A stretch of 64,000 nucleotides of DNA from Candidatus Heimdallarchaeum aukensis (lineage in GTDB: Archaea; Asgardarchaeota; Heimdallarchaeia; Heimdallarchaeales; Heimdallarchaeaceae): assembly GCA_021513695.1 (NCBI GenBank), contig CP084166.1:1472001-1536000 (forward strand), in the 5' to 3' direction. Positions within the stretch are counted from its first letter, which is position 1. Each line of letters begins with the position of its first letter. Below are positions 18,651 through 27,275 of this stretch, in pieces. The notes beneath the pieces were generated by a model. It searched no databases. It was given only the letters and a program-made list of their open reading frames with translations, and was not told the origin of the DNA. The translations under genes were made by a program, and so were the position numbers.

Positions 18651-19075
18651 TAAAGAGGATCTTTGCGGATACAAAAAGATGCAATGGATGTAGAATATGT
18701 GAATTAAGATGTTCGTTTGAACATGATAGAGTCTTTGGTACAAAATTGGCAAGAATAAGAATAATAATGAACGAAGAACAAGGAGAATATAAACCTAATA
18801 CATGTAGGCTATGCTATAAATGTATTAAGGCATGCCCTGAAAATGCAATATCAAAAAACGAAAAAACGGGAGCAATAAAAATAGATCATGAACTTTGCAC
18901 AGGTTGTGGAAAATGTGTAGAAGCATGTCCATTTAATGTAATGTTCCTTCATCCAATAAAAGAAAAGGCAATAACATGTGACCTATGTGAAGGAGATCCT
19001 CAATGCGTGAAATACTGTCCAGAGAAGGTATTATTTTACACAACATCACAAGAGTTCAAAAAATTAACAAACTAA
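18647..19075 (+). CDS. 4Fe-4S ferredoxin-domain protein (AOR-associated polyferredoxin)
   Basis: 142 aa with four Cys clusters: 'CNGCRICELRC', 'CRLCYKCIKACP', 'CTGCGKCVEACP', 'CDLCEGDPQCVKYCP'. Its start overlaps the AOR stop by 4 nt (ATGA), indicating translational coupling. Confidence 0.7.
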   Translation: MIKRIFADTKRCNGCRICELRCSFEHDRVFGTKLARIRIIMNEEQGEYKPNTCRLCYKCIKACPENAISKNEKTGAIKIDHELCTGCGKCVEACPFNVMFLHPIKEKAITCDLCEGDPQCVKYCPEKVLFYTTSQEFKKLTN

Positions 19076-19084
19076 ACAAATGTA

Positions 19085-19112
19085 ATTAATTCAGATAAAA
19101 AACTGAATTAAT
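19085..19112. terminator. Perfect 10-bp inverted repeat with an 8-nt A-rich loop, between the convergent ferredoxin and MoaD-like genes
   Basis: 'ATTAATTCAG-ataaaaaa-CTGAATTAAT' occupies the 36-bp gap between two convergent stop codons. This is a candidate bidirectional terminator or processing hairpin. Confidence 0.3.
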
Positions 19113-19402
19113 CAACCTCCAGCAATAGCAGGAACAATAGCAACTAAATCTCCATCTTTTAATTTTGTAGAAAGACCATGTAATAAATTAATATTGCGAC
19201 CATTTACAACAATACGCCATTGAGGTTTTATAACACCTTCATCAAGCATTAACTCATCGAACAAACTTCTCCCAAAAAGAGAAAATAGTTTTTGTAGGAG
19301 ATCTTCTATGGAATCAGAATTAAGATCCATCTTTCTTTGACCAATAAGTTGTTTAATCTTAGAATAGAATAAAACGGTTATAGAAGGAAGAGAAGAACTC
19401 AT
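19112..19402 (-). CDS. MoaD/ThiS-family ubiquitin-like beta-grasp protein (SAMP-like) with C-terminal Gly-Gly
   Basis: 96 aa ending '...LKDGDLVAIVPAIAGG'. The 'VNG..i......t.LkdGDevai.PpvsGG' pattern is diagnostic of MoaD/SAMP. Confidence 0.6.
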   Translation of the reverse strand: MSSSLPSITVLFYSKIKQLIGQRKMDLNSDSIEDLLQKLFSLFGRSLFDELMLDEGVIKPQWRIVVNGRNINLLHGLSTKLKDGDLVAIVPAIAGG

Positions 19403-19518
19403 TAAAGAAATATTAATCTAAGGAAATATTAATTTAACGAAGGGATTCAAAAAAAGCATTTTAGAACAGGAAAAATAAAAAATCAAGAATAAAAAGAAAA
19501 ATAAAAAAACTATTGCCA

Positions 19519-20094
19519 TTAAAAAAGGAAAGAATCAACCCAAGTAACAAAAGGTAAAAAGAAATTGGATAAAGCATTACGAATAATGAAGAAAAAACTA
19601 CCAATTAAGCCACCGATAACAGTTCCACCAATAATGTCAACGAAATAATGAACACCAGTAGCTATACGACCATAACCAACAAAAAACAACCAAATAAGAA
19701 AAATCCAACCTATAGCAGGAAAGAAAAGAACCATAATTACGGAAAGACAACCCATACGACCAGCATGACCGCTAGGAAAACTGAATAAATCACCCTTACC
19801 AACAAGGTCGGGAGGAATTTCGTCAACAGGACGCTTGCGACGAACAGTAAACTTGAGAAGCATAACAATAAGAAAAGTAGCACCCATAGCTAACCACTGA
19901 ATAAGAAGCTCAATTCTATTAATCGGCTTGTCAAAAATAAAACAAACAATACTAAAAAGAAACCAAGGTAAGGTATTGCCCGACTGAGCGGATAGTCGAG
20001 CAAAACGTTTTTTGTTTTCGGACGTTTTGGAGATATAGTAACTGATTGTTTTATCCCAATTACTTATTCGAGTTTTAATAGAACTAAATTTCAT
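19519..20094 (-). CDS. PAP2-family membrane phosphatase (phosphatidic acid/undecaprenyl-diphosphate phosphatase type)
   Basis: The three PAP2 motifs are present: 'KFTVRRKRP' (KxxxxxxRP), 'FPSGHA' (PSGH), 'RIATGVHYFVD' (SRxxxxxHxxxD-like), embedded in about 5 TM helices. Confidence 0.7.
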   Translation of the reverse strand: MKFSSIKTRISNWDKTISYYISKTSENKKRFARLSAQSGNTLPWFLFSIVCFIFDKPINRIELLIQWLAMGATFLIVMLLKFTVRRKRPVDEIPPDLVGKGDLFSFPSGHAGRMGCLSVIMVLFFPAIGWIFLIWLFFVGYGRIATGVHYFVDIIGGTVIGGLIGSFFFIIRNALSNFFLPFVTWVDSFLF

Positions 20095-20797
20095 CTTTAC
20101 GGTTCTAAAAAATTAAAAGATGTTTTTTAACTTTATGTCTGTACTAAAAGTTCGTTAAAAAAAAGTCGGAAAAAAGAAAAAAAGAAAAAAAAAGAAAAGT
20201 AAAGAGATAATAAAAAAACAAAAAATGAAGAAAAAATAATTCAAGTGGAACCATAAAAAGTCAGTAACTAGCGCACTTATTTTTTATAATCACTGAAGAA
20301 CGAAAATATTGACAACAGAAGAAGAAGTGTTTAGAATGTTATACGATGACGTAAGAACTCAAATAGAGATAGATAGGATAGTAGTAATGAGTGATGTAGA
20401 CATAGCTAAAAAAATGATGCACAATTATATGATAAAGCTTAGGAAGGTATACTAGAATTAGGAGGAAGTAGTTTCTATACAAAAGTGTTTAGTGTAAAAA
20501 ATAGCTCAAAGATTAAACAAGTTATCGCTAGGTTTCTCTTCGATAACGAAAATTACAGACTAACTGATTCTAAAGCGCAAGAGTGATAGCTAGCGTGATC
20601 AATCTTGAGGGAATTTTACAGCTCAACCCTCCTTATTCAAATGAAAATGAATAATAATTTCAAACCATATTTCTTTCATCCCATTTTTTTTGTTTTAGTT
20701 TAATTTTATTTAATTAATATTCTTTTAGTTTATTTCAAAAAACCAAATCTCAAGAATTCAGCACCTTCAAGGCTTGTAACTTCAATATTTGAAAAAG

Positions 20798-20918
20798 TGG
20801 TCGGGGCTTTGAGATTCGAACTCAAGACCTGATGGTTTCAACGCTGACGACTTGATCATTGTTCACAAGCGCGATTTCTCTACAGCCATCCGCTCTAGCC
20901 AAACTGAGCTAAGCCCCG
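20798..20918 (-). tRNA. tRNA-Tyr (anticodon GUA) with a 43-nt intron at the canonical 37/38 position; CCA is genomically encoded
   Basis: Reverse complement folds as a cloverleaf: acceptor CGGGGCT/AGCCCCG (C1:G72, typical of archaeal/eukaryal tRNA-Tyr); D-arm GCTC-AGTTTGGCTA-GAGC; anticodon stem GATGG/CCATC with loop CTGTAG|intron|A; variable AGGTC; T-arm TTGAG-TTCGAAT-CTCAA; discriminator A; CCA. An oligo-T run on the coding strand immediately follows the 3' end. Confidence 0.8.
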
Positions 20919-21596
20919 TGTTATTTGAGTTTTACCTTCCACAGTAAATTTGTTTATTCTTACTATCAACTTGCTTTGGTTTTAGCTTTCTATTTTTTTT
21001 TCTTGTCTTTTCTTCTTAAATTTTTCTTTTAATGCCCACTTTTTTTTGGGTATATAAACAGATAAGATTTTTTATTCTCTTAAGGAGCAATTTTTTCCTT
21101 TTTGCTAGTAGATAGTACAAAAACTAGATACTACTGCTCACAGTCATTGCGTCTTGTTCTCTCTTTGTAAAAACTGTTTTGACTGATGAATCCGACTTGT
21201 CTCCTCATCTTTTTTTTTCTTACAAGAAACAAATTTATCTTTAAATTTTTTCTATGACTTTTTCTGAAAAGGAGTATTGTTAACAATGATTAAAATAAAA
21301 GTCATTCTTTTTAACAATATAATAAAAAATGTACCTTGTTCCAAAGAATCATTTCGGAGGAAGTAAGGGTGAATAGTGCTACTTTTCAGTTTAGATGTAT
21401 TTCTTAAGAACCTTTTAAGAACCCCTCCTAATTTATAATTTTACACCGTGAAAAGATAAGCAGAGACATTAAATTATGAGTTTACGTAGACAAAAAAGTG
21501 AAAACGATTAACACAAAGGGTCTTAAAAGTGATAAAAAATATTTTTTCAACAAGAAAGGAAAAAAAAAATTTATTGAAGTGCCAAAAAAGCAAATC

Positions 21597-22220
21597 ATGA
21601 GTAGTTTAAAACTTGAAAACGTAGAAAAACTAAAAATAAATTACTTCAATTGGAAAAATGAAACCACTTTTATCAATAAGATATTACTCAGTATAATAAT
21701 GGCTTGTTTAACGGGATTGTGTGCTCAAATAAAATTCTACCTTCCTTTTACTCCTGTTCCTATCACAATGCAAATCTACGCTGTTTTTCTTTCAGTTTTT
21801 TTGTTAGGTAAATATTGGTCTGGAATAAGTCAACTACTTTATGTTAGCTTGGGTATTATTGGCATACCTTGGTTTGCTAACGGTAAAGGTGGCTTAGAAA
21901 TCATTTATGGTCCTACAATTGGTTACTTGATGGGTTTCATTTTTTCTTCTTTTATACTAGGAATACAAATTGACAATCAAATACGAAAAAAAAGAAAGTT
22001 ATACCTTGTATTAAGCCTTCTCTTTTCCAATCTGTTTTTTATATACGGATTAGGTTTATTCTGGCTAAAAATCTGGTTTGAAATTTTTCAACAACAAAAC
22101 GTTTCAATTATCGAGTTGCTTAAGATGGGTTTATTGCCTTTTATTCTCGGAGATTTACTAAAAGTAATTTGCTCAGTTTTTACTGGAGGACTTATCTTAC
22201 CCAAAGAATTGAATGAATAG
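21597..22220 (+). CDS. bioY: BioY-family biotin transporter (ECF-type S component)
   Basis: 'LTGLCAQIKFYLPFTPVPITMQIYAVFLSVFLLGKYWSGISQLLYVSLGIIGIPWFANGKGGLEIIYGPTIGYLMGFIFSSFILG' matches the BioY consensus (PvPiTlQtf.v.L.g.lLG..G.......l.lgaiGlPvfa.g.gG...l.GPTgGyl.gF). The track ORF (from 21498) has a 33-aa Lys-rich leader that is probably not translated; start placed at ATG 21597. Confidence 0.7.
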   Translation: MSSLKLENVEKLKINYFNWKNETTFINKILLSIIMACLTGLCAQIKFYLPFTPVPITMQIYAVFLSVFLLGKYWSGISQLLYVSLGIIGIPWFANGKGGLEIIYGPTIGYLMGFIFSSFILGIQIDNQIRKKRKLYLVLSLLFSNLFFIYGLGLFWLKIWFEIFQQQNVSIIELLKMGLLPFILGDLLKVICSVFTGGLILPKELNE

Positions 22221-22323
22221 AAATAATACTAAATACCATTTGTATTTTTTCTTGATTCATTTTCATTTAAGCTGATTTTTATCACATTTTCTTTTTCCTT
22301 TAAAATTACCTTTTTAAACCCCT

Positions 22324-22340
22324 GGTAGTGTCTAGTTTTT
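22324..22340. repeat. Left terminal inverted repeat of the IS element (with adjacent TSD copy at 22315-22323)
   Basis: GGTAGTGTCTAGTTTTT is the exact reverse complement of 23073-23089. The transposase reading frame runs to a stop inside this repeat. Confidence 0.7.
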
Positions 22341-23033
22341 ATACCACCTCCTAGGTAAAAAGGAACTAAGGGGAGGATGTCCCAAGCTCTGATGAGGACG
22401 AACGAAATTATAATGGAGCATAAAGAGAGTAAGAAAACCAGAAAGATGAGTAGAGCCATAGACGGCACGGATAGGACAAGTGCAGTGGAGAATAGAATGA
22501 AACCAACGATAACTCTTAAGAGTAGCATTAAAACGTTCAATATAGGAGCGTAAACCACCTTTGATAACGGAGATTTTGATACCTAGACGAAGTAAGACAG
22601 GATACCATACTCCTGCATCTGTAACGACAATACGGGGCTTAAAACCCCAACATTTGAACCAATAACGGAAAGTTAGTAAACATTCAAGATTACTCCGTCC
22701 TTTAGTAATACTAAAACCCAGTAAAGTTTTATTGTAAGGAAGGATCTAATGCGAACCACAGATATATTGAGCCTTGAGAGGTCTTAATCTCTGTTTCATC
22801 TACTACTATAATCTCTGGTATTCCCCCTCTCTCTGCTACAACTCTATGTAAACTTTCCCTAAAGAGCCTGAACTTCTTTACTAATACCATAATGTTTGGT
22901 GTGTTAAACCATTCTTCCATGCAACGGTCCTCAAACCATTCTTTGAACCAATATATTCATAAATAGCTTTTATTATTATCTTTTTGGGGACTCTGCATCT
23001 CTTAAAAAGAGTAGATAGTTTTTGAATGTTCAT
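22332..23033 (-). pseudogene. IS6-family DDE transposase gene disrupted by two compensating frameshifts
   Basis: Total span is 702 nt (a multiple of 3). The N-terminal ~45 aa (MNIQKLSTLFKRCRVPKKIIIKAIYEYIGSKNGLRTVA) and the C-terminal ~130 aa are in the same frame. The central ~65 aa carrying the first catalytic D/E (track ORF 22729-22920) is in a second frame. The junctions are near 22921 and near 22730 (A-run). Confidence 0.6.
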
Positions 23034-23072
23034 ATCTTACTATTAGAGTCCCCACAAATATTTTTGTCGGAA

Positions 23073-23089
23073 AAAAACTAGACACTACC
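23073..23089. repeat. Right terminal inverted repeat of the IS element (with adjacent TSD copy at 23090-23098)
   Basis: AAAAACTAGACACTACC. See IRL. Confidence 0.7.
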
Positions 23090-23156
23090 TAAACCCCTTA
23101 AAGAAAAAGTTTTAAATATCCTATATATTCAAGCTTGAAGGTGCAGTCGATTAAAG

Positions 23157-24731
23157 ATGACCCCTGATTCTACTAATAACACATTTAGTGTTCCTATAAA
23201 TAATAAAAAAATAGAAAATGTTCCTTCTACAATTATTGAATTTATTGAATCTAATCGTTCTTTATTTGATTCTTATCAATTTCCTGTTATGATTACTGAT
23301 GCTGACCGACGTATATTGTATATCAACCCTATTTTTAAAGAAGTTACTGGTTATAGTGACACTGATCTTTTAAACAATTTTTGGAACGATCTTGCTCCTC
23401 CTGCGTCTTTAGGTAAACTGCTTAAATACCATCATATTCGGAAGAAATTTCCGGATAAAGCTCCTAGTTCTTATGAAACTAGCTTTTCTTTAAAAAATGG
23501 TCAGGAGAAAGAGTTTCTCCTTACTATCACTCCATTATTTAATAATTATCTTTTTTTTCTTACTTTTACTGATGTTACTCCAAAGAAATTGGCTAAAATT
23601 GAACTTTCTCGCTCTTATGAACAATATTATACACTTGTCAACACTTCTCCCGATGGTATTTTACAATTAGATAAAGACTTAAACATTATAATGGCAAATA
23701 ATGTTGCTAAACGCTTTATTAAACATTTCTATGGAGAAACTGAAATTATTGGCAAAAGTGTTTTTTGTTTAATACCTAATGATCAGCATAAAATAATCGA
23801 CAATGCTGTAAAACATGCAATTAAGGAGGGGTACTATCGTAATTTAGAAATATCTTTTCCAAATAAAAAAACTGGAACAACTTCTTATTTTGAGATTAAC
23901 ACTTCTGTAGTTTATGATCATGAAAAACCACTTTTTTTCATTGCTATAGTGCGTAATATTAGTGATCGAAAACAAATGGAAAAAAAACTTAATGAATATA
24001 CTACTAAACTTGAACATTTAGTTCAAGAGAAAGCTAGTAAATTAATGGAACAAGAACGATCTGCAATGCTTGGCAGGTTAGCTGCATCTATTAGTCATAA
24101 TATTAACAACCCTTTGCAATATGTTATTGGTAACGCAGAACTCATTTTAAAACTATTAAAAGAGCCTAACTTGGAAATTTCCTTGATTCAAAGTTTAGCT
24201 CAAACACTAATTTCTGGTTGTTATCGTATAGTAGAAGTTTCTGATAAACTTCGTCGAGCTTCTAGAAAAAGTGATGTAAGCATTTTTGATATCGCTATTC
24301 CCATTGAAGTTGCTATTTCTGTTACTAAAGGTAAATGGATGAAAAAGTGTTCTCAGATTAAAGTTCGCTATTTAACTGATGAAACTATTAAAATTAAAGG
24401 AGTAGAATCTGATATTGCACATGTTTTCATGAATCTCATCATTAATGCAGTTCAAGCAATTAAAGACAAAGGCGAGATAGAGATACGTATTTCAAAACTT
24501 TCTTCTCGTAAAGTTTTCATTGAAGTTCATGATAACGGTAGTGGCATTCCCCCTGATATTGCTGATAAAATAGGTAAAGAAACTGTTACAACAAAAAATC
24601 CAGAAGTTGGTACGGGGTTAGGTTTATTATGGGTTTATGACACGATACATCAGCATTATGGAACAATTGACTTTGAAACCAAACTGGGAAAAGGAACTAC
24701 TTTTAGGATTGCTCTTCCTATCGCAAATTAG
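23157..24731 (+). CDS. PAS-domain sensor histidine kinase (cytoplasmic)
   Basis: Two PAS-like modules ('VMITDADRRILYINPIFKEVTGYS', 'DGILQLDKDLNIIMANNVAKRFI'). H-box 'ERSAMLGRLAASISHNINNPLQ'. HATPase_c N/G boxes 'NLIINAVQA', 'DNGSGIPPD', 'GTGLGL', 'GKGTTFRIALP'. No TM segments. Confidence 0.8.
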   Translation: MTPDSTNNTFSVPINNKKIENVPSTIIEFIESNRSLFDSYQFPVMITDADRRILYINPIFKEVTGYSDTDLLNNFWNDLAPPASLGKLLKYHHIRKKFPDKAPSSYETSFSLKNGQEKEFLLTITPLFNNYLFFLTFTDVTPKKLAKIELSRSYEQYYTLVNTSPDGILQLDKDLNIIMANNVAKRFIKHFYGETEIIGKSVFCLIPNDQHKIIDNAVKHAIKEGYYRNLEISFPNKKTGTTSYFEINTSVVYDHEKPLFFIAIVRNISDRKQMEKKLNEYTTKLEHLVQEKASKLMEQERSAMLGRLAASISHNINNPLQYVIGNAELILKLLKEPNLEISLIQSLAQTLISGCYRIVEVSDKLRRASRKSDVSIFDIAIPIEVAISVTKGKWMKKCSQIKVRYLTDETIKIKGVESDIAHVFMNLIINAVQAIKDKGEIEIRISKLSSRKVFIEVHDNGSGIPPDIADKIGKETVTTKNPEVGTGLGLLWVYDTIHQHYGTIDFETKLGKGTTFRIALPIAN

Positions 24732-24769
24732 GAAAATGACATCAATGAAATTTTTCTTTACAATTTATT

Positions 24770-25717
24770 TTATTTTTTTAATGTTCGTTCTCCCACTACA
24801 TACTTAGACTTCATTTCTGTTTGTTTCTGTTTTTTTGATTTTGTTTTTTTCTCTTTTACTTGATAAATCAGTCTATTTTTTGTTTCATCTACTATCAATT
24901 TTATTGAAACATTTATTCCCTCTAGTCTTTTTCTCCACTGATAGCTTAGAAGATTTAAGAACTCTTTTTCATCTATTTTTTCAGGATTTGCTAAACTGTG
25001 TAGAGCTTCAACATCTTTATAATTGTCAAAAATTATTTCATACATATCCTCTTTTTTAAAAATAACACCTTTTAACCCGTAAACATTTGCTCCGATAATT
25101 GAAATATAAGCTACAACTTTAAAAATTCCTTCAAGAAATCCAAATAGTTCATCAAGTTCTTCTTGAAAAAACTCTTTATCATCAAAAAATTGTTTTGCCT
25201 TATTCTTCCCCAAATTACTTGTCAAGTAAGTATAGATTTTATTTATCATTTGAACTCTCATCTTGGCTTCCATCAATCGTATCCAATTTTCATTAAGTTT
25301 TGGTATTTCTATTCTCTCTTGTTTTGGTTCTTCATAAACAGCTACTGTAGTATTATTTAAACCTGTAATTACTAGTTTTTGAAATTCCTTCGTAGGATTA
25401 TTCAGAATCCATGTAATATCTTCATTTTCTGTTGGAGAGATTCTTGTTGAACTATGAATCCTTATTTCGCCATTACTCATTTTCTTTATAAATCGTGGAT
25501 AAATCCTAAACCTTGCCAAACTATTTTCGAAATTATTTATTATCATACTAAAAAAAGCTTGAATTACCCCTTGTGCTGCAAGATCTTCTGATTGTATTAT
25601 AGTTTCTATTTCCCAGTGCCTTTGCTCGTTAACTATTGTTTCCACAGAATAAAGTAACTGATTTACCTCTTCTAATTCAGTTTCGCTTAGATTTACAACT
25701 TGAACCAAGTTTACCAC
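24770..25717 (-). CDS. Hypothetical protein (315 aa), Lys-rich C-terminus
   Basis: Long non-repetitive ORF; no recognisable family. Confidence 0.3.
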   Translation of the reverse strand: MVNLVQVVNLSETELEEVNQLLYSVETIVNEQRHWEIETIIQSEDLAAQGVIQAFFSMIINNFENSLARFRIYPRFIKKMSNGEIRIHSSTRISPTENEDITWILNNPTKEFQKLVITGLNNTTVAVYEEPKQERIEIPKLNENWIRLMEAKMRVQMINKIYTYLTSNLGKNKAKQFFDDKEFFQEELDELFGFLEGIFKVVAYISIIGANVYGLKGVIFKKEDMYEIIFDNYKDVEALHSLANPEKIDEKEFLNLLSYQWRKRLEGINVSIKLIVDETKNRLIYQVKEKKTKSKKQKQTEMKSKYVVGERTLKK

Positions 25718-25814
25718 ACAATCAAATTCTGTCTACAGATGACATATGAAATATTCTTTTTATTTATTTCTGAGGAACTAAAAAAATATTCATAAGAAAA
25801 AAGTTAGTTTCAAA

Positions 25815-27185
25815 ATGTCACTCTTTTTAAATTACTATTACCTTTTTTCTTTAACAATGCCTTCTCAAGAGAAAAAGGAAGTGAGAGAGACAACACTTGT
25901 CTTGGCAGAAAGCGATATTTTAATCAAACATCGTAGAGCATATAGAAACTTAACCCAAAATTATATTATTTCAGAGAGGTTTATCACTCAACTTCCTGTG
26001 ATTAATGCTCAAGCAAAAGATAAATTTGCAGATCTTCCTACAACAATTAACAAAGAGGAAAACAGGATTATTGTTGAATTTAAACATAGAAAACCCATAA
26101 AACCTAGAGAAATATGTGCAGCAGAGTTATCTCTATTAATTGATGACTCTTTCACTAATCGAATTGGCGATTTACGAATTATTGATTGGCCAAGCGAAGA
26201 TTTAACCGATATACATTTTTTACACACAAAACCTTTTTTTGTTTCTGCCATTGGTAAGGTTGAAAAAAACACTATAACTCCAGCCCCTGGATTCAAATCT
26301 ATTATAAGTCATGCTAGAAAAGGTTCTACTATTCGCATTGAGTATCTTCCGAAGACAAAACCTATTCCTTCAATTTTATGGACTGAAGAATATATCGTTA
26401 AAAATGTTTCAGATGAACCTGTTGAAGAATGTTCATTAAAATTTTTAGTCCCAAGAAATGACATAAAACAAAAAGTGAGTATTAAAGCTAACGAAAAAAT
26501 AAAATTATCTCAAGATTCAGATGGAAATGCTTGGGCGAATGTTACTCTCTTTAATTTAAAAAAAGATGAAAAAAGAAAGATAATTTTAGTGTATAAAATC
26601 GATAAAACAAGTTACACATTTTCCAATGAATATGGAAATATTCAGTTTTTAAAAGGTTTATCAGAACCTAGTTCCGTAGGAAGACATTATCTTAAAGGTT
26701 CAAAGCTTTGGCCTGTAAATGACTATAGCATTCAGAAGATTGCAAGAGGTATTCTTGAAGGTCAAACTAATATATTTGATATTATCAAGCTTATTTTTGA
26801 ATTTGTAAATCAGAACTTTACTTATGAAGCAAATGGAGTCAGATTACCAGCTGATGAAATAATTAAGACTAAAAGAGGTGACTGCTCTGAATTCAGTGAC
26901 TTGTTTGTAACTTTAGCTAGAGCCTGCGGTATTCCAGCAAGGGTATGCACAGGTTATTTTTGGGGACTAAATGGAAAATTAGAAGGGCATGCATGGTGTG
27001 AAGTTTTTACTAAACAAGGTTGGATACAGTTAGATTCTTTACATGGCTTCTTGCATGGAGTTTCATTTCAACATATTCTTTTCTCCAAAGAGTCAAATGA
27101 TGTTGATTATCCTTCTTACGTTGTCAAGAATATAGGTGGAGAAATTAATATCACAAAAACATATGATGTAAAAGTAATGAGTTGA
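25815..27185 (+). CDS. Transglutaminase-like (TGc) cysteine-protease-fold domain protein with a ~300-aa N-terminal domain of unknown function
   Basis: C-terminal catalytic triad context 'KRGDCSEFSDLFVTLARACGIPARVCTGY' (Cys), 'EGHAWCEVF' (His), 'GWIQLDS' (Asp) matches the transglutaminase-like core. Confidence 0.6.
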   Translation: MSLFLNYYYLFSLTMPSQEKKEVRETTLVLAESDILIKHRRAYRNLTQNYIISERFITQLPVINAQAKDKFADLPTTINKEENRIIVEFKHRKPIKPREICAAELSLLIDDSFTNRIGDLRIIDWPSEDLTDIHFLHTKPFFVSAIGKVEKNTITPAPGFKSIISHARKGSTIRIEYLPKTKPIPSILWTEEYIVKNVSDEPVEECSLKFLVPRNDIKQKVSIKANEKIKLSQDSDGNAWANVTLFNLKKDEKRKIILVYKIDKTSYTFSNEYGNIQFLKGLSEPSSVGRHYLKGSKLWPVNDYSIQKIARGILEGQTNIFDIIKLIFEFVNQNFTYEANGVRLPADEIIKTKRGDCSEFSDLFVTLARACGIPARVCTGYFWGLNGKLEGHAWCEVFTKQGWIQLDSLHGFLHGVSFQHILFSKESNDVDYPSYVVKNIGGEINITKTYDVKVMS

Positions 27186-27275
27186 AAAATATAACTGTAT
27201 TCAAAATTGATTTGTTTTTAAAAGAATAATTGAAAAACTTTGTTTTCAAAAGCAAATATAAGTTTCTTTTTAGAA

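Larger units (their letters stand above)
22324..23089 (-). mobile_element. IS6-family insertion sequence (766 bp) with perfect 17-bp terminal inverted repeats, flanked by a 9-bp direct target-site duplication TAAACCCCT
   Basis: IRL GGTAGTGTCTAGTTTTT (22324-22340) is the exact reverse complement of IRR (23073-23089). TAAACCCCT directly abuts both ends (22315-22323 and 23090-23098). The internal ORFs encode IS6/IS26-like transposase segments: an N-terminal HTH, the DDE core 'IVVDETEIK...YLWFALD' (cf. IS26 'MDETYVKV..YLYRAID'), and a C-terminus 'KPRIVVTDAGVWYP...ERFNATLK...HYNFVRPHQSLG'. Confidence 0.7.

Noticed and set aside
21100-21320. Possible C/D-box sRNA or small ORF in the spacer upstream of bioY (a UGAUGA at about 21184, a 12-bp palindrome ATTGTTAACAAT near 21285, and a 26-codon ORF)
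   Set aside because: No properly spaced C/D/C'/D' box set could be assembled. The palindrome and tiny ORF are not supported by any other signal.
21498-21596. 33-codon Lys-rich N-terminal extension of bioY in the track ORF
   Set aside because: Encoded by an A-rich spacer. The BioY homology begins at the internal ATG (21597), so the upstream part was treated as non-coding.
22229-22558. 109-aa minus-strand ORF inside the IS element
   Set aside because: It is in a different frame from the transposase homology, which is clearly carried by the adjacent frames. The hydrophobic product is an out-of-frame artefact.
22332-23033. Possibility that the transposase frameshifts are programmed (ribosomal frameshifting)
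   Set aside because: IS6-family transposases are made from a single ORF. Here there are two shifts in opposite directions and no slippery heptamer or pseudoknot at the first junction, so pseudogene or sequence error is more parsimonious.
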